Assembly (NCBI GenBank): GCA_035536455.1
Contig: DATLOC010000053.1
Span: 135,478 to 199,477, forward strand
Origin: Thermoanaerobaculia bacterium
GTDB lineage: Bacteria > Acidobacteriota > Thermoanaerobaculia > Multivoradales > UBA5704
Length of the DNA stretch: 64,000 nt
Direction of reading: 5' to 3'
In this document: positions 51,035 to 60,006 of the stretch, piece by piece
How the letters are laid out: each line of letters starts with the position of its first letter
Numbering within the stretch: position 1 is the first letter of the stretch
Position numbers and translations under genes: made by a program
Notes under the pieces: model-generated
What the model was told of the DNA's origin: nothing
What the model saw: only the letters and a program-made list of their open reading frames with translations
The model's database searches: none

Positions 51035-52042
51035 TCAGCCGCCGGCGCGGGTGATGCGCAGCGCGCCGCCTTCGAGGCGGTAGTCGAGGCCGCTCCCCGG
51101 CAGGACGACGGCGACGGAGGCGTCGGGGGGCATGCCCTCGATCGAGCCGTGCAGGCGGATGGTCGAGGCCAGCTCGGCCAGCGACTCGTCCTCGTACTGC
51201 AGGCGCCAGGCGGTCTCGCGCGACACCCAGTGCAGGTAGTCGCGCAGCGTCGCCCCCTCGATCTCGAAGCTCGGCGCCGCCGCCAGCACCCACTCCCAGA
51301 CCGCTCCCTGCGGCTCGATCCGCCCGCGGCCGAGCCGGCCGTCGCGCCCCAGCCGCAGCTCGCCGCCGGCGGCGACCGGCGCCTCCGGCCCGGCCTGGCG
51401 GACGAGGGCCACCGAGCCCTCGCGCACCCGCACCCGCAGCGCCACCCCGCCCGCGGGGTCCATGCGCACCTCGAACTGGGTGCCGACCTCGCGCACGCTA
51501 CCCCAAGGGGTGCCGATTGCGAGCCCGCCGCCGCCGGCCGCGCCCGCCGAGTCCACGTACACCGCGCCGCGCTCGAGCTCCAGCCGGGTGGCGGAGGTGA
51601 GCCGGACCCGAGTGCCGCCGTCGAGGCGGACCGACTCGCCGCCCGCCAGGCGGAGGGCGATGAGTCCGCCGCCGCCGGTCTCGACCGTCGTGCCGGCGGT
51701 GAGGACGGCGCCGGGGGCCACCGCGACTTCCCCCTTGACGAGCTGCACGGTCGCCACCCGCTCCACCCCGACCGGCGCGGCGTCGCGCACCGACCACCAC
51801 CAGCCGATCCCCAGGGCGAGGAGCAGGGTCGCGGCGAGCGCCAGCGGCAGGGTACGGCGGAAGCGCCGCCGGCGCTCTGCCGCCGCCAGCGCCTCCCACT
51901 CGCGCCGCGCCGCCGCGCGGATGGCGGCCAGGTCCTCGGCCGGCACCGCCGGGCGGCGGCCGGCGCTCTCCAGGAGCTCGCGCACCGCCGCCTCGTCGGC
52001 CGGCGACTCCGTGGAGCGCGGGTCGAGCCGGGGGTCGCTCAC
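51035..52042 (-). CDS. FecR-family anti-sigma factor
   Basis: GTG in GTGA overlap; single TM LPLALAATLLLALGIGWWW; FecR periplasmic domain. Confidence 0.75.
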   Translation of the reverse strand: MSDPRLDPRSTESPADEAAVRELLESAGRRPAVPAEDLAAIRAAARREWEALAAAERRRRFRRTLPLALAATLLLALGIGWWWSVRDAAPVGVERVATVQLVKGEVAVAPGAVLTAGTTVETGGGGLIALRLAGGESVRLDGGTRVRLTSATRLELERGAVYVDSAGAAGGGGLAIGTPWGSVREVGTQFEVRMDPAGGVALRVRVREGSVALVRQAGPEAPVAAGGELRLGRDGRLGRGRIEPQGAVWEWVLAAAPSFEIEGATLRDYLHWVSRETAWRLQYEDESLAELASTIRLHGSIEGMPPDASVAVVLPGSGLDYRLEGGALRITRAGG

Positions 52043-52668
52043 GACGCCGTCACCTCGCGCCGCGCGCGCTCGAACGGCGTCTCCGCGGTCGGCGCCTCCG
52101 GCCCGGTGACCCGCCGGAAGGCGTCGCGGAAGGCCTGGCGGGCGCGCGTCAGCAGCGACTCCGCGGCCTTCGTCCGCACCCCCAGCCGCGCGGCGATCTT
52201 CTCGACCGGCAGGCGCTCGACGTACTTCCACTCGAGCGCCAGGCTGTAGTGCGGCGGCAGGCCGTCGAGGACGGCGTGCACCAGCCCGGCGCGCTCCTTG
52301 GCGAGCAGCGCCTGCTCCGGCCCCGGGGGTCCGGGGACGAGGGCCGCGTCGGCCGCGATGTCAGTGCCCGTCAGCGTCATCTCTTGGTCCCTCCGGCCTT
52401 CGCGCCGGAAGTGGGCGGCGATCTCGTTGCGGCAGCAGGCGCAGAGCCAGGTCATCAGCTCCGACTCGCCGCGGAAGCTCGCCAGCTTCGCGATCACCTT
52501 GCACACGGTCGTCTGCACGATCTCGCGCGTCAGCTCGCGGTCGCGGAGCTGGCGCTGGGCGAAGCGGTAGACCGCCGGGATGTAGGCGTCGGAGAAGACC
52601 TCGAAGGCGGCCCGGTCTCCAGCCAACATCCTCTCGACGAGCGACCGCTCCGCCTCGCCCGCGCCCAT
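52039..52668 (-). CDS. ECF (sigma-70 family) RNA polymerase sigma factor
   Basis: Region 2 FEVFSDAYIPAVYRFA; region 4 LPVEKIAARLGVRTKAAESLLTRAR. Confidence 0.8.
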   Translation of the reverse strand: MGAGEAERSLVERMLAGDRAAFEVFSDAYIPAVYRFAQRQLRDRELTREIVQTTVCKVIAKLASFRGESELMTWLCACCRNEIAAHFRREGRRDQEMTLTGTDIAADAALVPGPPGPEQALLAKERAGLVHAVLDGLPPHYSLALEWKYVERLPVEKIAARLGVRTKAAESLLTRARQAFRDAFRRVTGPEAPTAETPFERARREVTAS

Positions 52669-52713
52669 CGGCTCCCGCCAACCCGTTCGCATCGTGGGTA
52701 CGCAGCCTAACTC

Positions 52714-53445
52714 CTAGTGCGCCACGCCGAACGACACCAGCTCCAGGTCCTCGTCCTTGACGATCCCGACGCCGGGGCAGAAGACCTTGACGTCCACCGC
52801 GTTGGGGTTGCTGGAGAGCGGGTTGGTCTCGTCGATCTGCACGCACTCGGTGAAGATGCCGGCCGGGACCGACATCGCGAACCCCATGCGCGCGTTCTCG
52901 CCGCGGTCCTCGGCGTCGTCCGGGGCCTGCTCCTGGTAGTACCGCGCGCCGAGCAGGAAGCTGCCCGGCATGAGGAGCCCGGGCTGGGCGCCGTCCACCC
53001 CGGCGCGCCAGGCGCCTTCGTGGTCGACCAGCACGCCGTCCTCGTAGTTGTCCACCTCTTCGCCGAAGTAGAAGATGTTGCTCGTCTGGACGCAGCGGGC
53101 GACCCAGTTGCGCGACACCTCGACGATCTCGCCGTCCTCGAACTCCCGCTCCTCCATCACCCGGGCGACGACCGTCAGAGGCTTGCCCTTGGCGGTGGTG
53201 AAGTGGATCGTCTCGAGCTGGTGCAGCATGGTGACCTCCGCCCGGATCTCCGTGCCGTCCTCCTCGCCCTCCAGCACCTGCTGGCGGCCGGGACGCAGGC
53301 TCATGTAGGGGTTCTCCCGCCCCCAGGCCGACCAGGTGCAGTCCTCGATGCGGAAGTCGGTGGTGAACTCGTCCGCGCCGAGCGCGACCTGGGGCAGGGC
53401 GAGGGCGGCCGCCAGGGTCAAAGCCAGTCCGATGCTCGTTCTCAT
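52714..53445 (-). CDS. secreted hypothetical protein (243 aa)
   Basis: Signal peptide MRTSIGLALTLAAALALPQVALGADE; last gene of the cox transcription unit. Confidence 0.55.
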   Translation of the reverse strand: MRTSIGLALTLAAALALPQVALGADEFTTDFRIEDCTWSAWGRENPYMSLRPGRQQVLEGEEDGTEIRAEVTMLHQLETIHFTTAKGKPLTVVARVMEEREFEDGEIVEVSRNWVARCVQTSNIFYFGEEVDNYEDGVLVDHEGAWRAGVDGAQPGLLMPGSFLLGARYYQEQAPDDAEDRGENARMGFAMSVPAGIFTECVQIDETNPLSSNPNAVDVKVFCPGVGIVKDEDLELVSFGVAH

Positions 53446-53510
53446 GGGTGGATTCCTCCTCTCTGCGCGGTTGGACGCGCGGAGCGGCGGAATCCTTCGC
53501 GGGAGCGCCT

Positions 53511-54365
53511 CTAGGGCGCGGGCGCCGGCGCGGCCGCCGGAGCGGCGGCCGGCTCGGCCGGGGCCGCCGGCGGGGCCGGCGGCTTGGGCGCGGCGCCGGC
53601 GAGCCAGGCCTGGTAGCCGGCGGCGTCGTGGACGGTGAAGAAGCCCTTCATCCGGTAGTGCGAGAGGCCGCAGAGCTGGGCGCAGGAGATCTCCCAGCAG
53701 TCCATCGTGGCGGCGCAGCCGGGCAGCGTCGCCTCCGGCGGGGTCACCGCCGTGGGGGTGAAGTGGACGGGGATCTCCATTCCCGGGATGGCGTCCTGCT
53801 TGACCCGCATGGTGGGGAGGAAGAAGCTGTGGATCACGTCCTTCGAGGAGAGGCGGATGTAGGCCGGGCGGTTGACCTCGAGGTGGAGCTGGTTGATCGT
53901 CGTGACGTCGTCGGCGGCCGCCGGGTCGTTGCGGTCGATCCCCAGCGGGTTGGTGCCGGTCGAGATGAGCTTGACGTCGGTGCGCCCGAAGCGGCCGTCG
54001 GCCCCGGGGTAGTGGATGTTCCAGGCGAACTGCTCCCCCACCACCCGCACCTCGATCGCCCGCTGCCGCTCCTCGGGGCTCAGCGCCGACACCCGCCGCG
54101 CCCACATCGGCACCGCGAAGCCGATCAGCAGAGCGATCTCGACCAGCGCCACCCCGACCTCGCCGTAGGTCGAGAAGTGCCCCTTGGCACCGGCGTAGCG
54201 CGCCGTCTGCTGCCGCCCGCCGCGGAAGCGGACCAGCGCCACCACGAAGTAGATGGACCAGCCGACGAAGAGGATGGCCATCACCCAGTGGACGAGGCCG
54301 GTCAGGAAGTCGAGCTCCCCGCCGTGCGCCGAGCCGTTGAACGGCAGGTTGAGATATCTCTCCAT
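53511..54365 (-). CDS. coxB: cytochrome c oxidase subunit II (CuA)
   Basis: VVGEQFAWNIHYP; DVIHSFFLPTMRVKQDAIPG; CuA site CWEISCAQLCGLSHYRM. Confidence 0.85.
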   Translation of the reverse strand: MERYLNLPFNGSAHGGELDFLTGLVHWVMAILFVGWSIYFVVALVRFRGGRQQTARYAGAKGHFSTYGEVGVALVEIALLIGFAVPMWARRVSALSPEERQRAIEVRVVGEQFAWNIHYPGADGRFGRTDVKLISTGTNPLGIDRNDPAAADDVTTINQLHLEVNRPAYIRLSSKDVIHSFFLPTMRVKQDAIPGMEIPVHFTPTAVTPPEATLPGCAATMDCWEISCAQLCGLSHYRMKGFFTVHDAAGYQAWLAGAAPKPPAPPAAPAEPAAAPAAAPAPAP

Positions 54366-54578
54366 CTAGGCTTTCCCCCCTTTGAGCAGGCGCAGCCGGG
54401 TGGCCGGCCGGGAGACCCGTTTCGAGCGCTGCCAGAAGTCCCAGAAGAGCTTGCCGAACCCGACCCACATCAGCGCCACGATGCCGAGCAGGAAGAGGAT
54501 GGCGTTGTTCATGCCGCCCACGATCGGCGCGTCGGCGGCGCCGAAGCAGGTGGCGCAGGCGGCGGCCCAGCCGGTCAC
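54366..54578 (-). CDS. small membrane protein with CxxC (70 aa)
   Basis: MTGWAAACATCFGAADAPIVGGMNNAILFLLGIVALMWVGFG; tightly packed between cox genes. Confidence 0.45.
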   Translation of the reverse strand: MTGWAAACATCFGAADAPIVGGMNNAILFLLGIVALMWVGFGKLFWDFWQRSKRVSRPATRLRLLKGGKA

Positions 54579-54579
54579 C

Positions 54580-54798
54580 TCACTCCTCCTCCGGCGCGAT
54601 GCGGCGGAGCTTGTCGCGCACCCGCAGGCCGTAGACCGCGAGCACCGCGGCGACGGCGAAGAAGACGAGCCCCATCCCCAGCTCCGTGCCGGCGCCCGAG
54701 GCGCGCCAGGCGCCGATCCCCCACACCCCCACCCACGCCGAGAGCAGCACCGAGGCGGCGATGAAGAAGAGGTGGAAGGTGCGCAGGGAGAGCGGCAT
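54580..54798 (-). CDS. small two-TM membrane protein (72 aa)
   Basis: MPLSLRTFHLFFIAASVLLSAWVGVWGIGAW... Confidence 0.45.
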   Translation of the reverse strand: MPLSLRTFHLFFIAASVLLSAWVGVWGIGAWRASGAGTELGMGLVFFAVAAVLAVYGLRVRDKLRRIAPEEE

Positions 54799-54804
54799 CG
54801 CGCG

Positions 54805-55122
54805 CTAGCCCGTCCCCTGCCGGATGCCGATGGTGTCCCCTTCGGTGCCCAAGGGAATCAACATCAGGGCGATGAAGAAGACCACCGTCAGCGCCAGCAG
54901 CCAGTAGATCACCCGTCGTTCGTCGAGCAGATGCATGAAGTAGCCGGCCACCAAGGACCCCTTGACGACCGCGATGAGCAAAGCCACCGCAACCGTCATG
55001 CCCGGGCCGAGCTGCAGTCGGCTCGCCGCCACCGTCACCACCGTCAGCACCGCCAGCGCCGCGAAGACCAGCACGTAGGTGCGGGTCTGCCGCCGGATCG
55101 CCTCCACGTCGTGTCCGCTCAT
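54805..55122 (-). CDS. cytochrome c oxidase subunit IV (bacterial aa3/caa3 CtaF-like)
   Basis: TRTYVLVFAALAVLTVVTVAASRL...VAGYFMHLL. Confidence 0.6.
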   Translation of the reverse strand: MSGHDVEAIRRQTRTYVLVFAALAVLTVVTVAASRLQLGPGMTVAVALLIAVVKGSLVAGYFMHLLDERRVIYWLLALTVVFFIALMLIPLGTEGDTIGIRQGTG

Positions 55123-55140
55123 CGTGCCTCCGTCCCTCCG

Positions 55141-55731
55141 TCAGAGCAGGTACAGCGTCGGGAACAGGAAGATCCACACCAGGTCCACGAAGTGCCAGTA
55201 CAGGCCGGCCACCTCGATGCGGTTGGCGAAGCGCTCGGGGTCGCGCTTCCAGAGCTTCGCGCCGGGGCCCCAGAAGTAGCCGTTGACGATCATCCCGCCG
55301 AGCACGTGCAGGCCGTGCAGGCCGGTCAACGTGAAGTAGATGGCGAGGAAGGTATTGGTCGACGGGTAGAGATGGTGCTCGAACTTGGTGCCGTACTCGA
55401 CGGCCTTGACGATCATGAAGCCGAACCCGGCGAGGATCGTCAGCCCCATGTAGAGCCGGTACTTCTTGAAGTCGCCGAGCTTGAGCGAGGCCCACGACAT
55501 GACCATCGTCACCGACGAGCCGATGAGGATGAGCGTGTTGAGGGTGGCGAGCCAGACGTTCAGGTACTCCGAGCCGTGCGGCCAGCTCGCGGCGCCGGTG
55601 CGCAGCAGCACGTAGGAGGAGAAGAGGGCGCCGAAGAGCATCACCTCGGAGGCCAGGAAGAGCCAGATTCCGAGCTTGGCGTTGTAGAGGCCGGTGTCCG
55701 GCCGCGGCTCGACGGTGTAGGGGATCTGCAT
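55141..55731 (-). CDS. coxC: cytochrome c oxidase subunit III
   Basis: GIWLFLASEVMLFGALFSSY...HGLHVLGGMI...YWHFVDLVWIFLF. Confidence 0.85.
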   Translation of the reverse strand: MQIPYTVEPRPDTGLYNAKLGIWLFLASEVMLFGALFSSYVLLRTGAASWPHGSEYLNVWLATLNTLILIGSSVTMVMSWASLKLGDFKKYRLYMGLTILAGFGFMIVKAVEYGTKFEHHLYPSTNTFLAIYFTLTGLHGLHVLGGMIVNGYFWGPGAKLWKRDPERFANRIEVAGLYWHFVDLVWIFLFPTLYLL

Positions 55732-55734
55732 GGC

Positions 55735-57516
55735 TCAGGCCGCCTCTTCGTCGGCGTGGCCGTTCTGCGTCAGGTAGGCGGCGGGCGCCTCCGGGACGCT
55801 GTACTCGTAGGGGCCGCGCACCACCGTCGGCACGTGCGCGAAGTTGCCGTGCGGGATCGGCGGCGAGGGGGCGGCGGCCCACTCCAGGGTCGTCGCCTCC
55901 CAGTGGTTGTCGGCCACGCGCTTGCCCTTCGCCATGCTCCAGAAGAAGTTGATGATGAAGGGGATCTGCGCCAGGCCCAGGCACCAGGCCGAGACCGACA
56001 TCACCTCGTTGAGCCAAAGCACGTCCTGGGCGTGGGCGTACTGCTGGCCGCCGTCGTAGAGGCGGCGCGAGACCCCGGCCAGACCCTGCCAGAACATCGG
56101 CATGAAGACGCCGTTGATGAACAGGAACGAGGGCCAGAAGTGGATCTTCCCCAGCAGCTCGTTCATCTTCTTGCCGGTCACCTTCGGGAACCAATAGTAG
56201 ATGCCGGCGAACATGGCGAAGATCGTCCCCGGCGCCACCACGTAGTGGAAGTGGCCGATGACGTAGTAGGTGTCGTGGAGGTGGATGTCGGCGGCGGCGA
56301 GCCCGAGCGGCAGCCCGGTGAGGCCGCCGATGCCGAACATCGGCAGGAAGGCGAGGGCGAAGAGCATCGGCGTGTTGAAGCGGATCGAGCCCCCCCAGAG
56401 CGACAGGAAGAGGGCCGAGAGGATGATCACCGAGGGGATCGAGATGATCATCGTCGTGGTCTGGAAGAAGGTCGAGATCGCCGTCCCCATGCCGGTCAGA
56501 AACATGTGGTGGGACCAGACGATGAACGACATGAAGCCGACGAAGATCAGCGAGTAGACCATCGAGCGGTAGCCGTAGAGGGGCTTCCGCGTGTTGTTGG
56601 TGATGACCTCGGCGACGATGCCGAAGGCGGGGAGGATGAGGACGTAGACCTCGGGGTGGGCGAGGAACCAGAAGAGGTGCTGCCAGAGCAGCGGGCTGCC
56701 GCCCCCGGCGACCTCGAGGGCCTTGCCCGAGATGACCAGCCCCTCCGGCAGGAAGAAGCTGGTGCCGGCGACGCGGTCCAAGAACTGGAGGATCGCCGCC
56801 GCCTGCAGGGCCGGGAAGGCGAGCAGCAGCAGGAACGAGGTCACGAACTGGGCCCAGACGAAGAACGGCAGCCGGAACCAGGTGAGCCCCGGAGCGCGGA
56901 GCTGGATGATGGTGACCAGGAAGTTGGTGGCGCCGAGCAGCGAGGAGAAGATCAGGAAGAGCATGCCGACCAGCCACCAGGTCTGGCCGGCGGTGGCGAT
57001 GTTGGAGAGCGGCGGGTAGGAGGTCCAGCCCGAGTTGGCGGCCCCGCCCGGCGCGAAGAAGCTCGCCAGCATGACCACCCCGCCCACGAAGTAGAACCAG
57101 TAGCTCGCCATGTTGAGCTTGGGGAAGGCCATATCGGGGGCGCCGATCTGCAGCGGCACGACGTAGTTGCCGAAGGCGCCGACGGCGAGCGGCACGATCC
57201 CCAGGAAGACCATGATCGTGCCGTGCATGGCCCCGAGCTGGTTGTAGAACTCGGGGAGCATGATGCCGCCGGTGGCCTGGCCCTCGCCGAGCAGCCCGCC
57301 GATCAGCGGCAGCGGCTTGCCTGGGTAGGCGAGCTGCCAGCGCATCATCATCATCAGGGTGAAGCCGAAGAGCAGGAAGGCGAGGGCGGTGAAGCCGTAC
57401 TGAATGCCGATCACCTTGTGGTCCTGCGAGAAGACGTACTTGCGCCAGAAGCCCGGCTCGTCGTGGTGGGCGGCGTCGTGCGCGTGCCCGCCCCGTTCCT
57501 CGACCAGTGCACTCAT
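55735..57516 (-). CDS. coxA: cytochrome c oxidase subunit I
   Basis: Start MSALVEERGG; 12 TM helices; conserved His ligands (WAHHMF, HFHYV). Track ORF 55735..57648 is over-extended. Confidence 0.85.
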   Translation of the reverse strand: MSALVEERGGHAHDAAHHDEPGFWRKYVFSQDHKVIGIQYGFTALAFLLFGFTLMMMMRWQLAYPGKPLPLIGGLLGEGQATGGIMLPEFYNQLGAMHGTIMVFLGIVPLAVGAFGNYVVPLQIGAPDMAFPKLNMASYWFYFVGGVVMLASFFAPGGAANSGWTSYPPLSNIATAGQTWWLVGMLFLIFSSLLGATNFLVTIIQLRAPGLTWFRLPFFVWAQFVTSFLLLLAFPALQAAAILQFLDRVAGTSFFLPEGLVISGKALEVAGGGSPLLWQHLFWFLAHPEVYVLILPAFGIVAEVITNNTRKPLYGYRSMVYSLIFVGFMSFIVWSHHMFLTGMGTAISTFFQTTTMIISIPSVIILSALFLSLWGGSIRFNTPMLFALAFLPMFGIGGLTGLPLGLAAADIHLHDTYYVIGHFHYVVAPGTIFAMFAGIYYWFPKVTGKKMNELLGKIHFWPSFLFINGVFMPMFWQGLAGVSRRLYDGGQQYAHAQDVLWLNEVMSVSAWCLGLAQIPFIINFFWSMAKGKRVADNHWEATTLEWAAAPSPPIPHGNFAHVPTVVRGPYEYSVPEAPAAYLTQNGHADEEAA

Positions 57517-57649
57517 GCGGCCTTCTCCTCTTGGGGTGCCTCGAAAACCGGCGGGAGTGTATGGGAGGCGCGGAGGGCTGGGCAAGCGGGGCGGGCGGAG
57601 TCGGAAAGGGGCCGTCGAGAGGCTGCGCGATGCCAAAACGGCGCGCAAA

Positions 57650-57890
57650 TCGCTCCGGTACGGAGATGGAAGCGCCGGTACCGTAATGGACGCGCCGTTA
57701 CGGTACCGGGCGCCCCGTTACCGTACCGGGCGCCCCGTCACCATACCGGGCGCCCCGTTACCGTACCGGGCGCTCCGTTACCGTAATGGAAGCTCCGTTA
57801 CCGTACCGGACGGACCGTTACCGTAACGGACGCTCCGTCACCATACCGGACGCGCCGTGTCCATAACGGACGCGGCGGTGCGTTCGCGGC
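57650..57890. repeat. tandem array C (~10 units of 20 bp; CGTTACCGTACCGGGCGCCC-like; cores GTTAC-C-GTAAC / GGTACC)
   Basis: cgttacggtaccgggcgccc / cgttaccgtaccgggcgccc / cgtcaccataccgggcgccc / cgttaccgtaacggacgctc ...; divergent promoter region between coxA and a plus-strand membrane gene. Confidence 0.85.
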
Positions 57891-57932
57891 TGGTGTAGGC
57901 TCGACCTCGCCGCGCTAACAGGGAGATCCGCC

Positions 57933-58667
57933 ATGTCCGAAGGCACCGGGAGGTCGGTCCTGTGGTGGCTGTGCCTGTTCTTCGCGCCGCTGGTCCTGCT
58001 GGTCATCGAGCTGTTCCACCCCGCGGGGTTCACCAAGGACCCCGGGATGTTCGCGTACCTCTCCCAGCCCGAAGCCCACAGCCCGCAGCACGGGGCGCTG
58101 GCCTACTTCGGGCCACGGTGGTGGTTCACGCTGCACATGATCCAGACGTTGCTGATGGGGCTGGTGGCGGTTGGGCTCTGGCTCTTGGTCGACGGCTTCG
58201 GGCCCAGCGACCGGCGGCCGGCCGGGATCCTCGCCTGGCTCTCCCGCGTCGCGGCATTCGTCTTCCTCATTTACTACACGGCGCTCGACTCGATCGGCGG
58301 CAGCGGTCTGGGGCGCACCATCGAGCACACGCTGGCGATGAACCTGCCGCCCGACCAGCTCGCGGCGGTGGCGGCGGTCCTCGACGCCACCTGGACCGAC
58401 CCCTGGGTCGGCGGCGTGGGCTCCTTCATCAGCGAGACCGGCTCCTGGGCGGTCTTCATCGCGGCGCTGGCCGCCGCCGGGGCCTTGTTCGCGGCGAAGA
58501 AGGCGCCCTGGCCGCCGCTCGTCCTGCTCGTCGCCTTCGGCTGGGAGCTGCAGGTCAGCCACGCCGCCCCGCACGGGCCGATCGCCTTCGCCCTGCTGCT
58601 GGTCGCGGCGTTCTGGCTCTGGTGGGTGTGGCGGCGGCGGCCAGCGGGCCGTATGCTGGACGCCTAG
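57933..58667 (+). CDS. hypothetical polytopic membrane protein
   Basis: MSEGTGRSVLWWLCLFFAPLVLLVIELF... has multiple TM helices. Confidence 0.55.
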   Translation: MSEGTGRSVLWWLCLFFAPLVLLVIELFHPAGFTKDPGMFAYLSQPEAHSPQHGALAYFGPRWWFTLHMIQTLLMGLVAVGLWLLVDGFGPSDRRPAGILAWLSRVAAFVFLIYYTALDSIGGSGLGRTIEHTLAMNLPPDQLAAVAAVLDATWTDPWVGGVGSFISETGSWAVFIAALAAAGALFAAKKAPWPPLVLLVAFGWELQVSHAAPHGPIAFALLLVAAFWLWWVWRRRPAGRMLDA

Positions 58668-58678
58668 GGAGAAGCACA

Positions 58679-59185
58679 ATGAATCCGACACGCCGAGAGC
58701 TGTTGCAGAGCGGAGCGCTGGCCGCGGCCGGCACGCTCCTCATTTCCCCGCGCATTCTCCTCGCCCAGAACCCGCCGTCGTCCGCCCCGGACCGCGGGCC
58801 GGCGCTCGACAAGGAGCTGGTGCGCGAGTTCGTGGGCGCCGCCCACGCCAATCTCGCGCGGACCAAAGAGATGCTCGAGCCGCAGCCGGCGCTGGTCAAT
58901 GCCACCTGGGACTGGGGCGGCGGCGACTGGGAGACCGGCTTGGGCGGCGCCTCGCACATGGGGAGCCGCGAGATCGCCGAGTACCTGCTGGGGAAGGGCG
59001 CGCGGATGGACGTCTTCTGCGCCGCCATGCTCGGCCGTATCGAGATCGTCAAGGCGTTCCTGGCCGCCGATCCGCAGGTCGTCCACCTGCGCGGCCCGCA
59101 CGGCATCGCGCTGGTGCGCCACGCCGTGGCCGGCAAGCAGCAGGCGGTGGTCGACCTGCTCGTCGCGGCCGGCGCCAACGCCTGA
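58679..59185 (+). CDS. Tat-signal ankyrin-repeat protein
   Basis: MNPTRRELLQSGALAAAGTLL; ANK-like GSREIAEYLLGKGARMDV...HGIALVRHAVAGKQQAVVDLLVAAGANA. Confidence 0.65.
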   Translation: MNPTRRELLQSGALAAAGTLLISPRILLAQNPPSSAPDRGPALDKELVREFVGAAHANLARTKEMLEPQPALVNATWDWGGGDWETGLGGASHMGSREIAEYLLGKGARMDVFCAAMLGRIEIVKAFLAADPQVVHLRGPHGIALVRHAVAGKQQAVVDLLVAAGANA

Positions 59186-59596
59186 GGCCGGCAAGCTTGC
59201 GACTTCTAGCCTAGAGAGATATCTCGCGGAACCTGGAACGTCGACAGCTTCAAGGAAGCTCGATTATTATTCTCGAAGGGCCTCTACCTCAGCCCCGGCT
59301 ACAGGCGGCCGTGGAGAATGTAAGGTCGCCTGACCTCACGCCTGACCCAGCCATGCCGCCGAGCAGGGTCAAGTGCCACGGGGCGTTCCGGGCGGATGTA
59401 GCCGAGACCGCAACCCCTACTCGCAAACCGGGCAAACCCGCCAGGACGACCACGGCGAAATCTCCGAATGTATTGTTGATGGCAGACCGCTCTAAAACCG
59501 CGCTAGAAGCACGCACCATAAACAGGGCGAAAGTTTCGGTTAGCTTTGGGGCGAAGCTCGAAAGCAGCGCGCTCCCACTGCTCTACAGAGCGCGTC

Positions 59597-59764
59597 TCAA
59601 GCTCCAACCAGGTATTTGTGTTTGCATCCTGGGCAAGAATTCCCTTTCCTTCCGTGTTGGCTGCACCACCAAGCACCACACTTGGGGCACCTCGCAAAAA
59701 TACGGCCGCTCTTCTCCGTCGCAGTACACCCTGATGCTGCGCAGTGGATTACCGCCATCTCCAT
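59597..59764 (-). CDS. small Cys-rich zinc-binding protein (55 aa; treble-clef/B-box-like C-x4-C...C-x2-C-x3-C-x2-H...C-x2-C)
   Basis: AGGAGGA RBS plus ATGGAGATG; MEMAVIHCAASGCTATEKSGRIFARCPKCGAWWCSQHGRKGNSCPGCKHKYLVGA. Below the 60-aa track cutoff. Confidence 0.5.
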   Translation of the reverse strand: MEMAVIHCAASGCTATEKSGRIFARCPKCGAWWCSQHGRKGNSCPGCKHKYLVGA

Positions 59765-59788
59765 TCCTCCTAGCCTCTGAGAGCTATG

Positions 59789-59929
59789 CTATCGAAGTGT
59801 GTGCCCGCAAAGAGGGCAATGGCCGTGTCCCCAAGCACAATCCTTACAGATGAAGTGCCCTTTACTACAGGTCTTGCCGCCATAGACATCTTTATGGTGG
59901 CCGCATTTGTCGCAAACTCGTTGTGACAT
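59789..59929 (-). CDS. small RING-finger-like zinc-binding protein (46 aa; C-x2-C-x11-C-x3-H-x2-C-x2-C-x6-C-x2-C)
   Basis: MSQRVCDKCGHHKDVYGGKTCSKGHFICKDCAWGHGHCPLCGHTLR, hand-translated from the minus strand. Confidence 0.45.
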   Translation of the reverse strand: MSQRVCDKCGHHKDVYGGKTCSKGHFICKDCAWGHGHCPLCGHTLR

Positions 59930-60006
59930 TCTAGAATCTCCTTGGGAGCAATCTTGCTAGTTAAGAGTCAGGGTATATCTGTTGTCTTAGCACAAAAAAG
60001 TCTTGC

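Noticed and set aside
54382-57786. 1134-aa plus-strand ORF antisense to the whole cox operon; similar long ORFs at 7877..11551 (1224 aa), 26768..30610 (1280 aa), 41024..44905 (1293 aa), 5556..7904, 48638..50824 and 3375..4730
   Set aside because: Arg/Gly/Ala/Pro/Asp-rich composition with no motifs, and they mirror strongly supported genes on the other strand. Stop-poor antisense frames are expected at this GC content.
59311-59853. 180-aa plus-strand ORF across the AT island
   Set aside because: Low-complexity, no RBS, and antisense to two short ORFs that have strong Shine-Dalgarno sequences and ordered Cys/His patterns.
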